64,000 nucleotides of DNA from Hydrolagus colliei (taxonomy: Eukaryota), in contig CM068751.1 of the NCBI GenBank assembly GCA_035084275.1, forward strand, positions 20,708,001 to 20,772,000, written 5' to 3'. The notes under the pieces are model-generated. The model ran no database searches. It saw only the letters and a list, made by a program, of their open reading frames with translations, and had not been told where the DNA came from. Both the position numbers and the translations under genes were made by a program. Of this stretch, positions 28,301-43,300 are shown piece by piece (the stretch's first letter is position 1; every line of letters begins with the position of its first letter).

Positions 28301-31300
28301 AGTTGAGGATCGAAATACAGTTGAGGATTGAGAATCGAAGTAGTTATGACCCTACTAGGCTCATGACTGGCTCGTTGAGGTGGATGTGAAATGAAATACA
28401 AATGTAAAACAATTGGTACTTGCGCATGTGTTGATCGAGAACAATCAAGAAACCGCTGATCAAGAAACAAATTCGGTGGCGAGTTAGAAAGGTCATTGAA
28501 ACAAAAGTCAACCTGCTTTATGATTGTAGTGAAAAGATCAAACGCAAGGCTGGGCTGTGCTAGTAAAGGTAAAAACTGCAATATCAAAAATATCCCATAA
28601 TAATGGATTGGTTAGATTTCACCCAGAGTACTGTGTGCGATGTTTGCCATCAGAGATTAGTTGCTAATATTGACCTTGACAATGTCAGTGAGGAGATTGA
28701 AGGCTTTGTTTGCAGACTGGTGTTATTTGAGAAACGCAAAGTTTATGAATTAAGATGACTCAGACTCACCGATGCACACAATCCCATCTCCAGAATATCC
28801 AGCTAAGCATTGGCAAGTGTACGAACCGTCTAGGTTAGAGCAGAGGCCGAGAGTTTTGGAACAGTTGTTTGTTCCCGCCGGCGAACATTCATTGATATCT
28901 GTAGGTCGAATTTTCAGATATAATTAAACTAATATCAATGAAATCTCTCATAGCGCTTGTTAAAAAAAAATAGAAGAATAAAAGAGATGTAAAATCAAAA
29001 CAACAACATGCATTTATATACAGCCCGACACACAGGATAATGTCCAGGATAGTGGCCAGTGTCAGGGTGGGATGCTAAGCATGGAGAATTGTGTGTGTAT
29101 GGTGGGGGGTAGGGGCGGGGTGCGGGGTGCTAAGCTACAGTGACCAGTCATATAGAGGAATATAAATACCAATGTGTCATGAGGCACATTTTTGATGGGC
29201 AATGATATTGAATGAAAACAGTTTGTAATCCATGTGTACCTTTGCATATCCCACTGACATTCTCAAATCCACTTCTGCATTCACATTTGTAAGAAGCTTC
29301 GGTATTAACACATAATTGCCCCGTCTCAGTGCAATTTTGGATGTTTTGACATTCATCAATATCTAGAAAAAAGAGCAAAACAAAATAATTGCATTTAATC
29401 AGAAAAACGTTCCCGAGTCCCTACATATATTGTTCTTTCAACAGAATGTGACATTTATCTGAGTACAGTACAGTATTAAGGATGTATTTTCACAGTTGCA
29501 CTCAACTGCTGATACCTTCTTTGACTTCTAGGTTGTAAAGATTTTGTGTACTTCAAAATGTTTAATGATATTTTCATCATCTATAGTATTGAAGATATTA
29601 GAGTAGAATTTTTCTTTGTCAGATTTTGTGAGTGACAAATATGTGGCACTGTCTTAGATTGATGAGTTTCCCTTATCCTGCTGATAATTTACAGTTTAAT
29701 GTTTACCAGCTTCAAAGTGTGTGAGCTAGAAAGTAATGATGTATTAGATTAGTGCGAAAATATTTTTAATTGATGTGTTAACAGAATGTGTTACTCAGAA
29801 GCAGTGCACAAAAATAATGAAACTTATAGCTTGAACTACGTTTAGTGTTTTCCTTGATGACATTGAGTCTTTAGTTGTGCAAACATCAGCTCCGACAATT
29901 GAAGAGAGTTCAAAGTAACCTAGTTGAGATTTCCCAAATAATAAAGGGATTTATCAAGGTGCCTCCAACAATTGTTTTCGCTGTGGTAAGGAATTAGCAA
30001 GTTGGGAACAGAGAGAGAAGTTTGGCACTAAACTGTTTTTCAAATATTTGTAGGTTTGTGCAATTAATTAGCACTTAAGCAACAACAGCAATTTACACTT
30101 GTATAGAACCTTTCATTGCTGAGAATAAAGTCTATAAGTGCTTCACAGGGCACCCAACATGGGGTGAGGGGGGGAGTAAGGAGCATCAGGGAAAGAGAAT
30201 GATCAAAGGTGAGGAGGGGGGAAACGGCGTTGGGAAAGGATGTGGTGGAGAGACTCCAGGATGGAATTCCAGAGACCAGGAGTTACAAAGTGTTTGAAGA
30301 CTTTGACGATGATAAAACAGTGCATCAAATGTAAGGATCATTAGTGAATAAATACACAAAAATTGTCAATTTTTTAGTGGAAATGCAACAAATATAACCT
30401 AACGCTTATCAATATTCTAAAATATTAGCTAAACACAGTTGATGCACAAATTTGACTTTGAGTAGATTTAGTGAACATGAACATGATAGAATTAGTAAAA
30501 TAAGTAAATTCCAGTCAGCAAACTGTTGCAGTGTGATATGTATCCCGATTTTCGATGTATTGCATGAGACACCCACAATGAAACAATCATCTCTTCAGTT
30601 ACCTTGGCAAGTACCATTCACCCTTTCATATCCAGCAACACATATGCAGGTATAATTTCCAAAGCTGTTTTCACACTTCTGTTTGGAAGGACATGTTCCA
30701 GAGGACTCTGCACACTCATCGATATCTGCGACATCACAAGACATGTTTCTTATTAAAATTCATAACCTTTTTCAAAATACTCGCTGGACTCACCGATTAG
30801 GTCAAGTCAATATGTTTTGTTTAAGTTTCATTGTAAATTAGTATCTAGGTATTACCTTTCAACCATTATCTCCGATTTGAGGGGATTTGCGCATCATTAA
30901 TATAGGAAAAGATTTTCTGGCTAATTGATTAGAAGCTGCTCTTCTGATTCTCTACCTTAAACCCTTTCCCTACTTTCTCCCTCATTAAATACCTCCTCAT
31001 TCTTTCTCCACCCCCCCACCCACCTCCCACACACACAAACACATACACCTCTCCCATTACTCTCCTCACAATATGTTTCTATTAGACTATAAACCATACC
31101 TTCACAGAATGTTCCATTTCCCCGGAATCCAGACATGCATGCACATGTAAACGAGCCATCTGTGTTGTTACAGGCTGCCATGTTGTGACAGTTGTCCTGA
31201 AGTTTGGCACATTCGTCAATATCAGTGCAGTTGGTATCCTCGTATCCGGTTTTACACGTACACATGTACGAGCCCACGGTATTCACACAATCCGAATTCA

Positions 31301-34300
31301 AGACACAGTTGCCCCGATTTGACTTGCATTCATCGATATCTGTTTCCAATTAAAACGAGGCAACAGAAATAATATGACTTCAAAATTATTGGTTCGATTT
31401 AATCAACCTCCTCCTTACTGCTCTAGCATTCCCCTCTGTCATTACTGGGCTTTGACCACTCTGGTTTCACTTCCAGGTATTTGAAGCGTTATGGAAAGTG
31501 GATTTTGGTATTGAAAGGCACAACACCACAAAGTTACAGTAATACACTGCAGAATGTTAGAACCACACCAATGCCTGCCGCAAGATCATTGCTGGATCCA
31601 CCCACACCTTCAAGGAGGTTGATAATTTTTTGGCATTAAGGGATGGGGGTGGGGGAGAAAGTGGGAAATTGGAATTAAAAGGATTAATAAAGATACAGAT
31701 TAGCCATGGTGTCGGAAGAGACTCAACAGGCTGAATGCTCTACTCGTGTTCCTATGTTCCTATTTCTCCCAGGTATCAAGTCTTATATAAAAACATATTT
31801 CTCACCTGCACATTGAAGTCCTTCGTATCCCTGTAGACAGGTACAGTGAAAAGATCCATTGGTATTGTTACAAATTGAATTGTTGATGGCTGAACAGTTA
31901 TTGGTTCCAAGGCACTCATTAACATCTGAAAGAAGAACAAGAGAAAACAGCGGAGGTGATTTTCATTCCAGGCATGGATTAGAACAATCGTCAGTGGTTC
32001 GTGTGATTTGGAGAGAGCGTCAGCAAACTGAAGGAACATGTGCTGTGGCCACAAATTTCCCAATAAAAGTGATGGGTTGACAGTGAAACGAATGCCAATT
32101 AATATTCTTCATACCATCTATGCTGGAAACCTAGAAATAACAATAACTTTGTGATGGATGTTACACTATTGTATAGATATGGGATGTGAACTTTCCACTC
32201 AGGCTAGGTTTGCACACCGCTCAGGGTGATGAGATGGACCTTTGTTTTGTCCCCAATAGCATAACAGCCCCCAGTTGGCAGCTTAAACCCAGTTTCCAGG
32301 AGCCTGAATGTTAGGAATAGGGAAACCCTATTTGAAGCCAGAGCTTCTCTTACGTTTATATAGAGGAGATAGGTCTCAAGGTATGTTTTAATCACCGTGA
32401 TTGGACTCTCAGTGGTATTACTTGCATCCCATAAGTTACACGATTCCATAAAAAGTTTTTGCACGTGTGGCAAGGCTATGGGAAATTTATTTGCTATCTC
32501 TGAATCCCAAATATACCCAAATGGTCATGAAGTCGCCTGATGATCAAATTCATCTTCGAGCCTCAATCACTTTTTGCATCAAGGAGATTGCGAATAGCTT
32601 TCCAACGCCTTAAAATTGATGATATGTATTATAGTTGTTTCACCAAATGTTAGTTTATCCTTCTAACAGGAAGTAAATAGCCAATGTAAAAGCCATTAAA
32701 AATCAAAACATGACATTCAGCACTTTCAGCTTGTCACCACATTTCATGCCTCAGGTATCCAAATATAAATATCACTTCATTGTAAACTAATATTTAAAGA
32801 ATCAAATAACCTATTTTGTTTACATATTAAATGGTAAAATTCAAAATATAGTCAGGATATTGTACCAATGCAGAATTGATGCGGCTCGCCATCGTATCCA
32901 GTCTTGCAAGAACAAGAATAGTTTCCTATTATGTTGTTACAGTCTGCGTTCAGGGGACATGTGGAAGCATTGTTGCATTCATTAATGTCTGAAAAACAAA
33001 TAAAATGGGTCATTACCAAACTGTGTTTTCCTCAAGAAGCTATTAGGATTCATGGCAACTGTAATGATTAAAGGTTAATTCTGTTCATGTCATATCATTA
33101 TAGATTTATATTTATAGTTGACCTGTTTCTATTTCAGTTGCAAAGAAATGTTTTGAAGAAGAACTATAGACAGAGAAGCTTGAAGGTGTTCAGATAGTCA
33201 AAAAATATTGCATTCATACCAATACACAGAGAGCTGTTGCTCTGGTCGACCTCATAACCCTCATTACAGCTGCAGTTGTATCCTCCGAACACATTGGTGC
33301 AGATTTGTTGACAAGAGGAGATGTTCTCCAGACATTCATCGCGATCTGGAACCAACAAAACAAAAGTAAAAGATGTTGCAGCCAGCAGTCCTCTTGTTGT
33401 CAGGTGTAAAGGCAACAGGTTACCTGAATGCTATCCCAGGAACATCAAAAACAAGTCACGACTTGAAGAAAATAACTAAAGTAAACATTAATTTGGGTGT
33501 AAAAGATACAAGTGCACTGTAAGTGGTGAGGTTGTAAATTATATCTGATGATGTTAACAATATGGTGGAAGCAAAGGCAACAAAACAAGAAGAGATTATA
33601 TTTGTATCGCTCATTTCATGTCAGGAGGTTGTCCCAAGGTATTGGGAGATCAGGGATATGGATCGGGGGGTGGGTGGAGGGCATGGAGGATAGGGCCCTA
33701 TAGGAGGATGGCTGAAGCTATGGTCAAAAAGGAGTTGTCTTCAGACGTGCTTTGAAGGAGGAAAGGGAGAGAAAGCAAGGAGAAGGGACTGGGATTGAGT
33801 TCTATAAGGAAGGGGCCAGAGAGGATGAAGACCTGACTGCCAATGGAGGGTTGGGCTGGGTGGTGGATGTGGGGGGGGGGCACTGGCCAAATCCTTATTT
33901 CACCCTGAATTACAAATGTCATTTTGTTGTAGATGTTCTTAATTTCATAGGAAAACTTGAAAAGAAGCAGAGAACGCTAAAATAATTGCCCAATGGTGAA
34001 ATCTACAGTCAATACTGTGCGACGCATTGACGTGAAAGTTACCACACAAAATACAAGGATTATTATTACTTCATCAGAACAGAGATTTCTGAAACCCAGA
34101 ACCATCTTGGTACAGCTGTTTTGTGTAGATCATTATCACCTGAGGTTAAGTATCACACTTCTGTCTGTGCAATAATTTAAAAAAAACATTGTGAGGTTTA
34201 GTCAGTATTGTATTTATTTTGATGAGAGTGAAAGTTCGTGGTCCTTACCAAAACACTTCAAACCATTTCCTTGCAAATTATCTGGACATGGATCACAGGT

Positions 34301-37300
34301 ATAACCCTCGAGTGGGGCAGGGTTATCTTTGCAAGTGTCGTTCAGGAAACACTGATTATCTTCACAGCCATCAAAATCCTCTGTGCAGTAATCCCCAGTA
34401 TACGCGGCACTGCAGTTACACATCGAGACCTGGATTAAAAATAGGTGTTTATATATTAGGATTCCATTGGAAGAATTATTTTTTCTCTAGTCATTTCATA
34501 GGAATTCGCCTGTATCTTAATCCCAACAGTAGAACATTGTCCTCCCACAAAACCTGGGGAATAATGTGGAATTAGCATAACGGCCAAGAATTACAACTCA
34601 AAACGCAAAGATATATACCTGGGCTGCTCACTGTAAATTAAAATCAACGTAGACAAATGCTTGGTGGCACACGGATGGGAAAGAACTTTGTAAAGCTACA
34701 TTTCAGAATTTATATAAAGCCTCGATAAACCACATTTGAAGCTCTGTGTCCAATTCTGGTCGTCAGACTACAAGAAGAATATAACAGTGATGGAAAATAT
34801 GCAGTGTAGGTTTACTAGGGTGATACCAAGGTTCTTCCTATCAGGACATACAGGTTAATTTAGAGACACAGGATAAATAGATTGGACGTTTTTTCACTGG
34901 AGTGAAAATGTTTGAGGGTTTATGTTTACCTGTTAGAGGTATTTAAAATGATAAAAGGCTTCCATAATGTTAGCATAACTAGTCTATTCCTACTTATTGG
35001 TGAGTCTGTAACCAGGGCACACAGGGGTAAGCTAGTGGCTCGGGTTTGTAAAAAAGAATAAACGAGAATTTCTCGCAGAGAGTAGCGAGAATTCTCAGAA
35101 GCAGTGGTTGAGCAATGCATAGCATATCAGAAGAAGCCAGATATGTACACCAGAGATACGTGAATAGAGGGAGGGAGTAGGGAGTGGGTGGAGAGTCATG
35201 TGGACTATAACCAGCAGAGTGGACTAGTTGGAGAAGCGTCTGTTTGCGTGCCACACAGTCAATTCAGTCTATATAAGTGGAAGTTGGAAATGTAAATGCA
35301 AAAGTCGACAAGTTGCTTTCCATTCTCAAACAGTGTGAGGCACCAATTTACAAAGTGAACACAATATTGGACTACATTCCTCAACAAAATGAGATATAAA
35401 TCTCCAAATATCTTTGCTCACAATCAGCAAAGGAGGAGAGAGGAACCTGGGTTAATAGCTCAGGTATTTTCCATCAGCAACATCCCACAAAGAGCCATGA
35501 AATTAATTTATTTTATTTTTAGGGGATTATCGGCCATGAGCAGGGGTGGGGAAAAGGTGACCGAAGACGCGGTCGAAAAGAAAGGTCTTTAGCCGAGACC
35601 TGAAACTAAGAAGAGAGAGGTGGGTGAGGAGAAGGGAGTGAGGAAGATATCCAAAGCTCTGCTCAGGCCAAGGCAAGTAACCAATGAAGAAAGAGGCAAG
35701 AATTCAGTTGAGTTTCACCTTTGGGTCACCTGGAATCTTAGGTCAAATTAATTACTGCTGCAGCTGTTGTTAACTGGTGACATTAACAGTGGCCAGCTTG
35801 TTAAGGTGCTGTCACGAGTTGCTTTGTCAGCCAGTGAACCAGCAGGAAAACGGAGGCCGAGTCACATTTTGTGTTTGGATTCACAACGGAATCTTCACCC
35901 ATTCTCAACCACAATCTCTTCAAATGACAGTTTTTTTTAAAATTTCAAACTGTTTCTTACATTCTACCTTACCTGAAACAAACTGTTATTGTTGTTAACA
36001 GTCAGGATTGAATTGGAATAATCACAGGTTGAGTTGATGCTGCAGTTACACAACTTCAGGGTCAATCCCAACTCAGCCACAGCTTTTGAATCATTGGCTT
36101 GCACAATAGCAAACACAGGGTCACCACTCGTTGGATGCCAAGTGAAGTTTCCATTTTCTATAAGATTAAGAGCGGAGATGTTTTGCCTGATTTACAGAAA
36201 CTCTATATGTTCAAATACAATAAGAAAGCAATTCTATCGCGGTGTCAAAGGAACTAAACATATTTTAAAACATTTTTCCCCCCCCCCAAAAAAAACTTCT
36301 TGCCCAAGGACGCTGGTAGACACACACCCCCCCGAGTAGATTAAACTGTCATTCTTTAAATGCCAGTGAATTCTGTCAAAATACTGTTAGAGTGAAAACT
36401 ATCACAGCAAAGACTCATGTCTACCTCAGTTAGCAATGTCCTTAACAACACTTTCCAGCTGGAGTCACTGATGAAACACCGAGATGAGGAGCTCTGCCTG
36501 AATATCTTCCTCTACATCGAGCAACTGACTCCAAACACAATGGAAATACACCCAGGACCTTACTGTAAGTATGTGTTGGAAGGCACACTTTGCCATCTAA
36601 ACTGTTAAGCTTCAGAGGCCAAACTTGCTTGAAACATGTCCAGCGTTTCTCGCGCCTCTCGTACTCAGGTTTATCTAAAGCCTAGCTTCACAGTAGACAC
36701 ATAGAGTGTAATTAGCTCTGATAGTTAACAGGGTAATGTTTGAAAAGAGTATCCTGATTGGGATCACATGTTTATTCCAGAGCTATAATTTTATGAGGCA
36801 AGTGATTAAAGGACCAATTCTAAAAACAAAGAAATAAATGTCTACAGTTCTGATAATACTTCAACGCTAGGCTGAAAATGGCATTATATTGATGCAGGTC
36901 TAATATCCTAATTGCTGTAATAATGCAATGATGTATTCATAAGTTTAAACAGAATTAATTTGAGGTATTTTTTCAATCCAATGGCAACTGATTGAATTAA
37001 TTAAAAATTAGAGCTCTGAACATTATTCACAAATTGTTGGTTCCCATAGATATTCACTACAGAATGGTAATAGACCAGGGCATTGGAGAGAGGGAAATGG
37101 GGCAGCGTAAATAAAGATCTTCTGCGAATGGACTTGAAGTTCACTGTTGGTGCAAAGTGGAAGGTCTTTAAGATAGCATCTGATCCTATTGGTTTTGGAG
37201 TGCCTTGATTTATTTGTCATGGTTGGTTACATTGGAAAAGGATTCCCTTTCCCCCCAAAACATCTTTCACCTGCGCGATCGCAAAGTTGACCAACAACAG

Positions 37301-40300
37301 CTTGGATTTACATAGCGCCCTCACTCCACTCCAGACAGCGTCTCAGAGCGCTTCACAATAACAGATCCCGGGCCACGGTGGAGGGGAAAAAATGTGACCG
37401 AAGGCGCGGTCGAACAGATCAAACCCATCGCAGAATGCGGAATGCAAACACATATGATAAAATCATTGGTACCTGTGATAGTGATATCTGTAGAATTAGT
37501 CAGCACTGAAAATGTCACCTTATCGTCATTGGCATCAGTGGCAGTAAACAGAAAGTTTACCTGCTCGTCAAGACGGGTTTGAAAAGTGGTCATTCCAGTG
37601 ATGTTGGGTGGGAAATTATCTGTGGAGTGTTCACAGTTACTATTCACATTGCCANNNNNNNNNNNNNNNNNNNNNNNNNNNNNNNNNNNNNNNNNNNNNN
37701 NNNNNNNNNNNNNNNNNNNNNNNNNNNNNNNNNNNNNNNNNNNNNNNNNNNNNNNNNNNNNNNNNNNNNNNNNNNNNNNNNNNNNNNNNNNNNNNNNNNN
37801 NNNNNNNNNNNNNNNNNNNNNNNNNNNNNNNNNNNNNNNNNNNNNNNNNNNNNNNNNNNNNNNNNNNNNNNNNNNNNNNNNNNNNNNNNNNNNNNTGTTC
37901 TGAAATTAAAACAAATGAAAATGCGGAATTTTGTCAATGTGTAAATGCTAATACTGTAGCGCGGTGAAATATTTAAGGCCAAAACTTACATTTATACCGT
38001 TCAAAGTGCTAATGCGATACTTTGCAGGGCAGTGACAAGCCACTAACTCTCAGCGTACGGCACTGAGATCTGTTTTTTGGTGATTTATTTTGGATATACC
38101 TGTCGAGTATCATTTGATACACTTACTCATTGTACTATTCTGTGCTGCAAAAGTTGTGACACTTTGCAAGGTCGCTGCTCCAAAAGAAAAGTCGTCTGTA
38201 CTTAAAATATCAAAAATGCAATCATCATTCGCTTTGCAGGTTTCATTCGCTTTGTCAATTTTCTGTTTATCTGTCGTTTGCAACAGTTCATCGTAAAACT
38301 TGGGTACGAAGCTATTGTTGTTGTAGGTGTACCAGTCATCTCCGTTGTATGTAAACAGGCTGTTGTTCTCGGTCGTTTTCCCTAAAAGATGTTTGTGACA
38401 AATTTATAAGAACATAAAGTAAGAAATGAGTACACGTAGAGATGATTCCCATCTCCAGCCTTTACCCACTGGGCCGTTGGAGAGCCTCAAAAATAGCTTC
38501 TAAAGTATACCGTTTATTGCCTTACATGTCAAGCCAAAATCAAAGAATATCTCATTGTCGCTGGGCAACTGTTTCCCGTCGTAGTTGAGATACGTTCCAT
38601 TCGCAGCTTTGAAGTCGTCTGTTACGTCATCGTTCCAGACACCTGGACACAGATGGAGGAATGGCAGCACATCAGAAGCAAATATTAATTTCTGAATGTG
38701 ATTCTATTGATGCGTACTTGTAATTATCTATAATTATCCCTGTGTTTGAAGCGCTCTGAGACCCCGTCCGGCGTGGAGGACGCTATATAAATGGAAGTAG
38801 TTGTTGTTGTTGTTCTATATCTCCGATATTCTTAGACATCTCAAGGCACTAAAAGTGAATTTGAAATTCAAAAATATGGATGTAAATTGTCGTTGTGGCT
38901 CCTTTTCACTGAGTCTTTAAAGCAGGAACCAGACATTCCAAAGTTATACTCCTGCGACAATAGCTTCAGCGGAAGTTTCCAAATGATTGGCGATTACGTA
39001 ACTAGCTCTACCGCTAAAGATATACCGCACTGTAAGTTGGAAAGTACATCTTACCTAAGAGTCCTTCAGTGTTGTTTTTTAAATCGTTATCTAAGGAGGT
39101 GGTGAAAGTTAGAGCCCCCTTTCTTCCTGAAACTGTCACCGATGTTCCGCCTTCAAACGTCGCCACTGTCTCATTGTTGCTGACCTGCAGGGTTACTTGA
39201 TTGATGTAAGTTGAATTCTCTGTAAAGGACAAAGATCACAGACAGAGTTCAATGTTGACGCATTCAAATAATGGAATAAAGTATTTTCGCTTGTGCTATG
39301 AATGGAATAGCACAGTCTTCTTCAGATAAAATCAAAGCACTCTTAAGGTCATAACATAATTCTGTGGAAAATGCAAACTTAGTTTGGTTGGCAATCAACT
39401 GTAAAATCTAATAATGTTTCAGATCCACATTTTAAGGAGTAAATACTTTGCTATATTTGCTTGTTGTACGTATGCAGACTGCGAGTTGACTGTGTGTGAA
39501 GGAGGGCAACCGTGAACTGACATTTCACTTACCTGTGACATTCACAGCCGATCCATCCACAAACACGTTAATCTCCTCATCACCAACAAGATTCCACTGA
39601 ATCTGAAGGAAGACATTCACATATGCACTTGCAGTCGATCAAACACAAAATATGACATATTTGTCGAGGCAAAAATAAACATTTCCTTCCTTGCCTCTCT
39701 TCTCTTAGCAACAACATGGTTTAAAGAGTAAATTTCCCGCTGCTTTAGTGTCAATCATTAAGAAAGAAGAAAATGGAAAGACTAGTAATTTTGGTATAAT
39801 CTGATAGACACAAGCACTATCTAACCTTCACCACAAAGTTCACAGATAGTCATAGTAATGCTGGAAAAATTGTTCATTTCCTTCCATGCCTTTCCCTATC
39901 CGAGCAATCTTGTTCCCGATTAAATACTTATCTCCTTAAGATAGCGCTGCTGTTAGATTTCAGCGCGTTTCAGTTATCTCGCACAACAGTAGTTAAGCCA
40001 ATCAAAGAGCAATGTGCGTCATCTACTGTCATAGCCACCCATCGTTACCTTAGATCCACCTGGTCCTTGAGCTGCCAGGGCTACAAAGTTGGTTGCCTCA
40101 GACGTCATGTTTTCCCCGGCTCGCAAGGTTCTTCCCTGGAGAGCAAATACCACTGTATCGTTTTCATCTTTCACATTTAACAGGATAAACTCGCCCAGAC
40201 CATTGAACGTGTACTTTACATTGTCCAGCGACACCACGTGAGGGTCTCCAAAGAAGAAGCCTGTGAACAAGGTTAGGAATCATTTACTGGGTATAGTTGT

Positions 40301-43300
40301 GTCACGCGAGAGCCTCAGAACTTAATGTAATCCTCCTCCACCCATTGCCTTTTCTTAGCCCGTCCATTAAACAATGGGTGTAGGAAAAGGGACTCAAAGG
40401 ATTGCTCTCAAAACAACTAGCACAGACTTTTTCTGTCCTGACTATGGTTCTAAATTTAATAATCTGAGCGCTAAATAAAGAGGTGATTAAATACAACAGC
40501 AGCGACTGTGAGAGGAATTTTTCCCTTTCTCTTCATTACATCCCTGCCTATTGGTTTGTTGATGCTGATGCTGATGTTAAATGCATTAAGATGCCCAGTG
40601 TCTATGGTCTCATCAGATCAGCAGGTTCTGGATTCAATTCAATATCATCCCCTTCTGGTCCATGATGAGTGAGTTAACTGTTGTATATTAACTTTAATAA
40701 CATAAGTGGTAATTAAATATGGGACAAGTACATAAGGATTCTGGGAAGAACTGCTTGAGAGAGTTTGAGCGAGAGAGAGAGAAAGAGAGAGAAAGAGGGG
40801 ATTGGAAAGAAGCTGGGTTGTAAAGTTGCGTTTTAATGGATTGGATCGAATCGATATTATGTTTTGTGGATTAAAACGACATTAACCGCAGACAGGAAGT
40901 CAAGTGAAAGGCCCATAACTGAGGTCCTGTGTTATAACTACTATTATTTGCAATGATTTGGGTCTATGGCATAATAAATAACGCTTTCTTTCTAATAGCA
41001 TAGTACTTTTAGCAAAATATTATGTTGTACCGATACGAGGAGGAATGTATCCAAAGCAGTAGTCCAGTGGCCTCTTGATGCGGAATAGTGAACAGTAAGC
41101 ATAGCTGCCCGAGTCTCTGCAGCAGTCATTGTACGGATCAACTTCATTCTCTAAAGACCAACAAAGGAAAGTAACAAGTTAAATGAAGAGAGTCTGTTAT
41201 ACGCACATAGGTTAAGATTAGATCAGGACGCAGACAGACACTTGGTAAGAATAGACATTGTGAGAAACTGACTGACACAGAGAGATTGGCATTTACTTTT
41301 CTCAGGTTAGAAATATGGATGCAAACATACAGCTCAGGTAAATTTGTTTCCTTTATACGTTGGAAAGATGATTTGAAAGAAACACAGGAATTCGATCGGT
41401 AATTTGGCTCACCCTTGTATTGCAATCGCAAACGTGGCACGACAACGTTCCAAAAATTGCTCCAGTACGTGTTATAATATTGTAATCCTCTCCACCACCA
41501 AATCCACCAGTTGTAATGTGTCCATGGTGTGGGGAGAAATCGCTCTGTTTCCCCGTAAACCAAGCCTCCAAACCCTGAATAGTAACATCTGACTCCAGAA
41601 CCAAAGAAGTTGGGGAATCTGTTCTGCATCGTGAAATACAACCCTGGGAGTGGGGGGGAGAAACACAAACATTTATTATTCTCTCCCCATACCTAATTTA
41701 AGACGAGGATTCCTTGCCAAGCAATCACCTGCTAATAGATCCGCGAGCAAGCCTTACGTTTCGGTATAATTGCCTCTACTAGAAGTTAGAGAAGGTAGAA
41801 ACGAGATGAAATGTGTTCCCTGGTGAATCCACGCCTACAATCCAAATGAGGAGTTACAACCAGTTGAGCTGATATAACAAAAGGCATGTTTGGAAATTAT
41901 AATATATTGTATTTTAAATGTAGTTGATACCTACAAGCAGCTAGTGATTTTAACCTTAATTATCTCAGTTTAATCCTTCAATGAAAAGGGCATATTTTGC
42001 AGAATTGAATCCACTCTCCAATGGTGCAAAGAGCTCTACAAATGAAGGGATCATCTTTTCATGATAATAATAATCCTTACATTTGTTCTCGTGTCTTTGA
42101 CGTGCGGAAGAACAATCTCCATTTGAATCAAGTTGCTTAAACTTAGACGATTGTCACCATTAACCCTTTAGTTGTGTTTAAATTGTTGCCTTTCTTGAAA
42201 AGTCACCGCACCCAACAAAAACAAAGTTTATTTTCACACCACTGTTTTGTTGATAATAAGATTCCAAAATAGGTTAAATCATTACCCTGTGCGTCTTTAA
42301 CTTCAAATCCGTAATATTGTATAATGCCTCCCCAGGTAAAGCGATTGTCAAATATCGCCTGCCAGAAAGAGCAGGGACAGGGATTGACATTCCTGAATAG
42401 ATAGGGCTCATTTCTATACCAGTCCAAGCATTTCTGTCTTGGGTTTCTCGTGTTCTGGGTATTTTGCTCCAGTCTGTAAGCCCATCTTCCTTTCTTTCCT
42501 GTAAAAACAAAACGCCAGCAATGAAAACAAAACAAACAAAATGAGCAACTTCCTTCCACCTTACACGCACTGCAAGTGAGATGTCGAAACAAATTCCTGT
42601 CTGTGTGAGCGTTAAAGATTCCATAGCATTATTTGCAAAGAAGAAAGGAGATTATTCCAGTGCCTTTAGCGACAATTCTCCCACATACAATTGGTCATTC
42701 ACTCCATGGGAGTTAATTGGCTGCCGCAGTCATCCATAAAGCACACATTGACATAACACTACAGTCCAGGGGAAAGGTTAAGGCCACAGATATTTTCTAA
42801 AGGAAACGTATCTCGGAAGTTTGAAATAGAAAGACAGCTTTAAATATCCTTGAGGGGAAAAAATATCTGTAGCACTCTACTGAAAGCGTTCACCTGCATC
42901 CTTTTAAAACAATACTATTGATTAATAGATTGGAGAAATATTAATATGACATACCTGTGTGATAGCCGATGGATTGATCTGGCCGATATATTTTTGCAGG
43001 TGATACAGAAAACCTGGTTTGAGGGTCGTTAAAGGCTGGAAAGTTGATACCGGTGTTTGAAAATTTGGACCCACTACAAATGAAAAAAGGAAATGTCTGA
43101 CACATGTAGAGACATGAGAACACAAGAAATAGGAGCAGGAGTAGGCCATTCAGCCCATCGAGCCTGCCCCGCTATTCAATCATGCCTGATATTCTATAAT
43201 ATACTGCAGATCCCTCTAGTATTGACTGCATTCCAACATTCTGTTGCCAAACAGATATCTTAGAGCTAGCCCAGCACCAAGGACATCCGTCTTACATATC

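Noticed and set aside
28135-28587. 150-aa minus-strand ORF
   Set aside because: Antisense to a decayed CR1-like fragment, no domain signature
37579-37982. ORFs spanning runs of X
   Set aside because: Artefacts of the N gap
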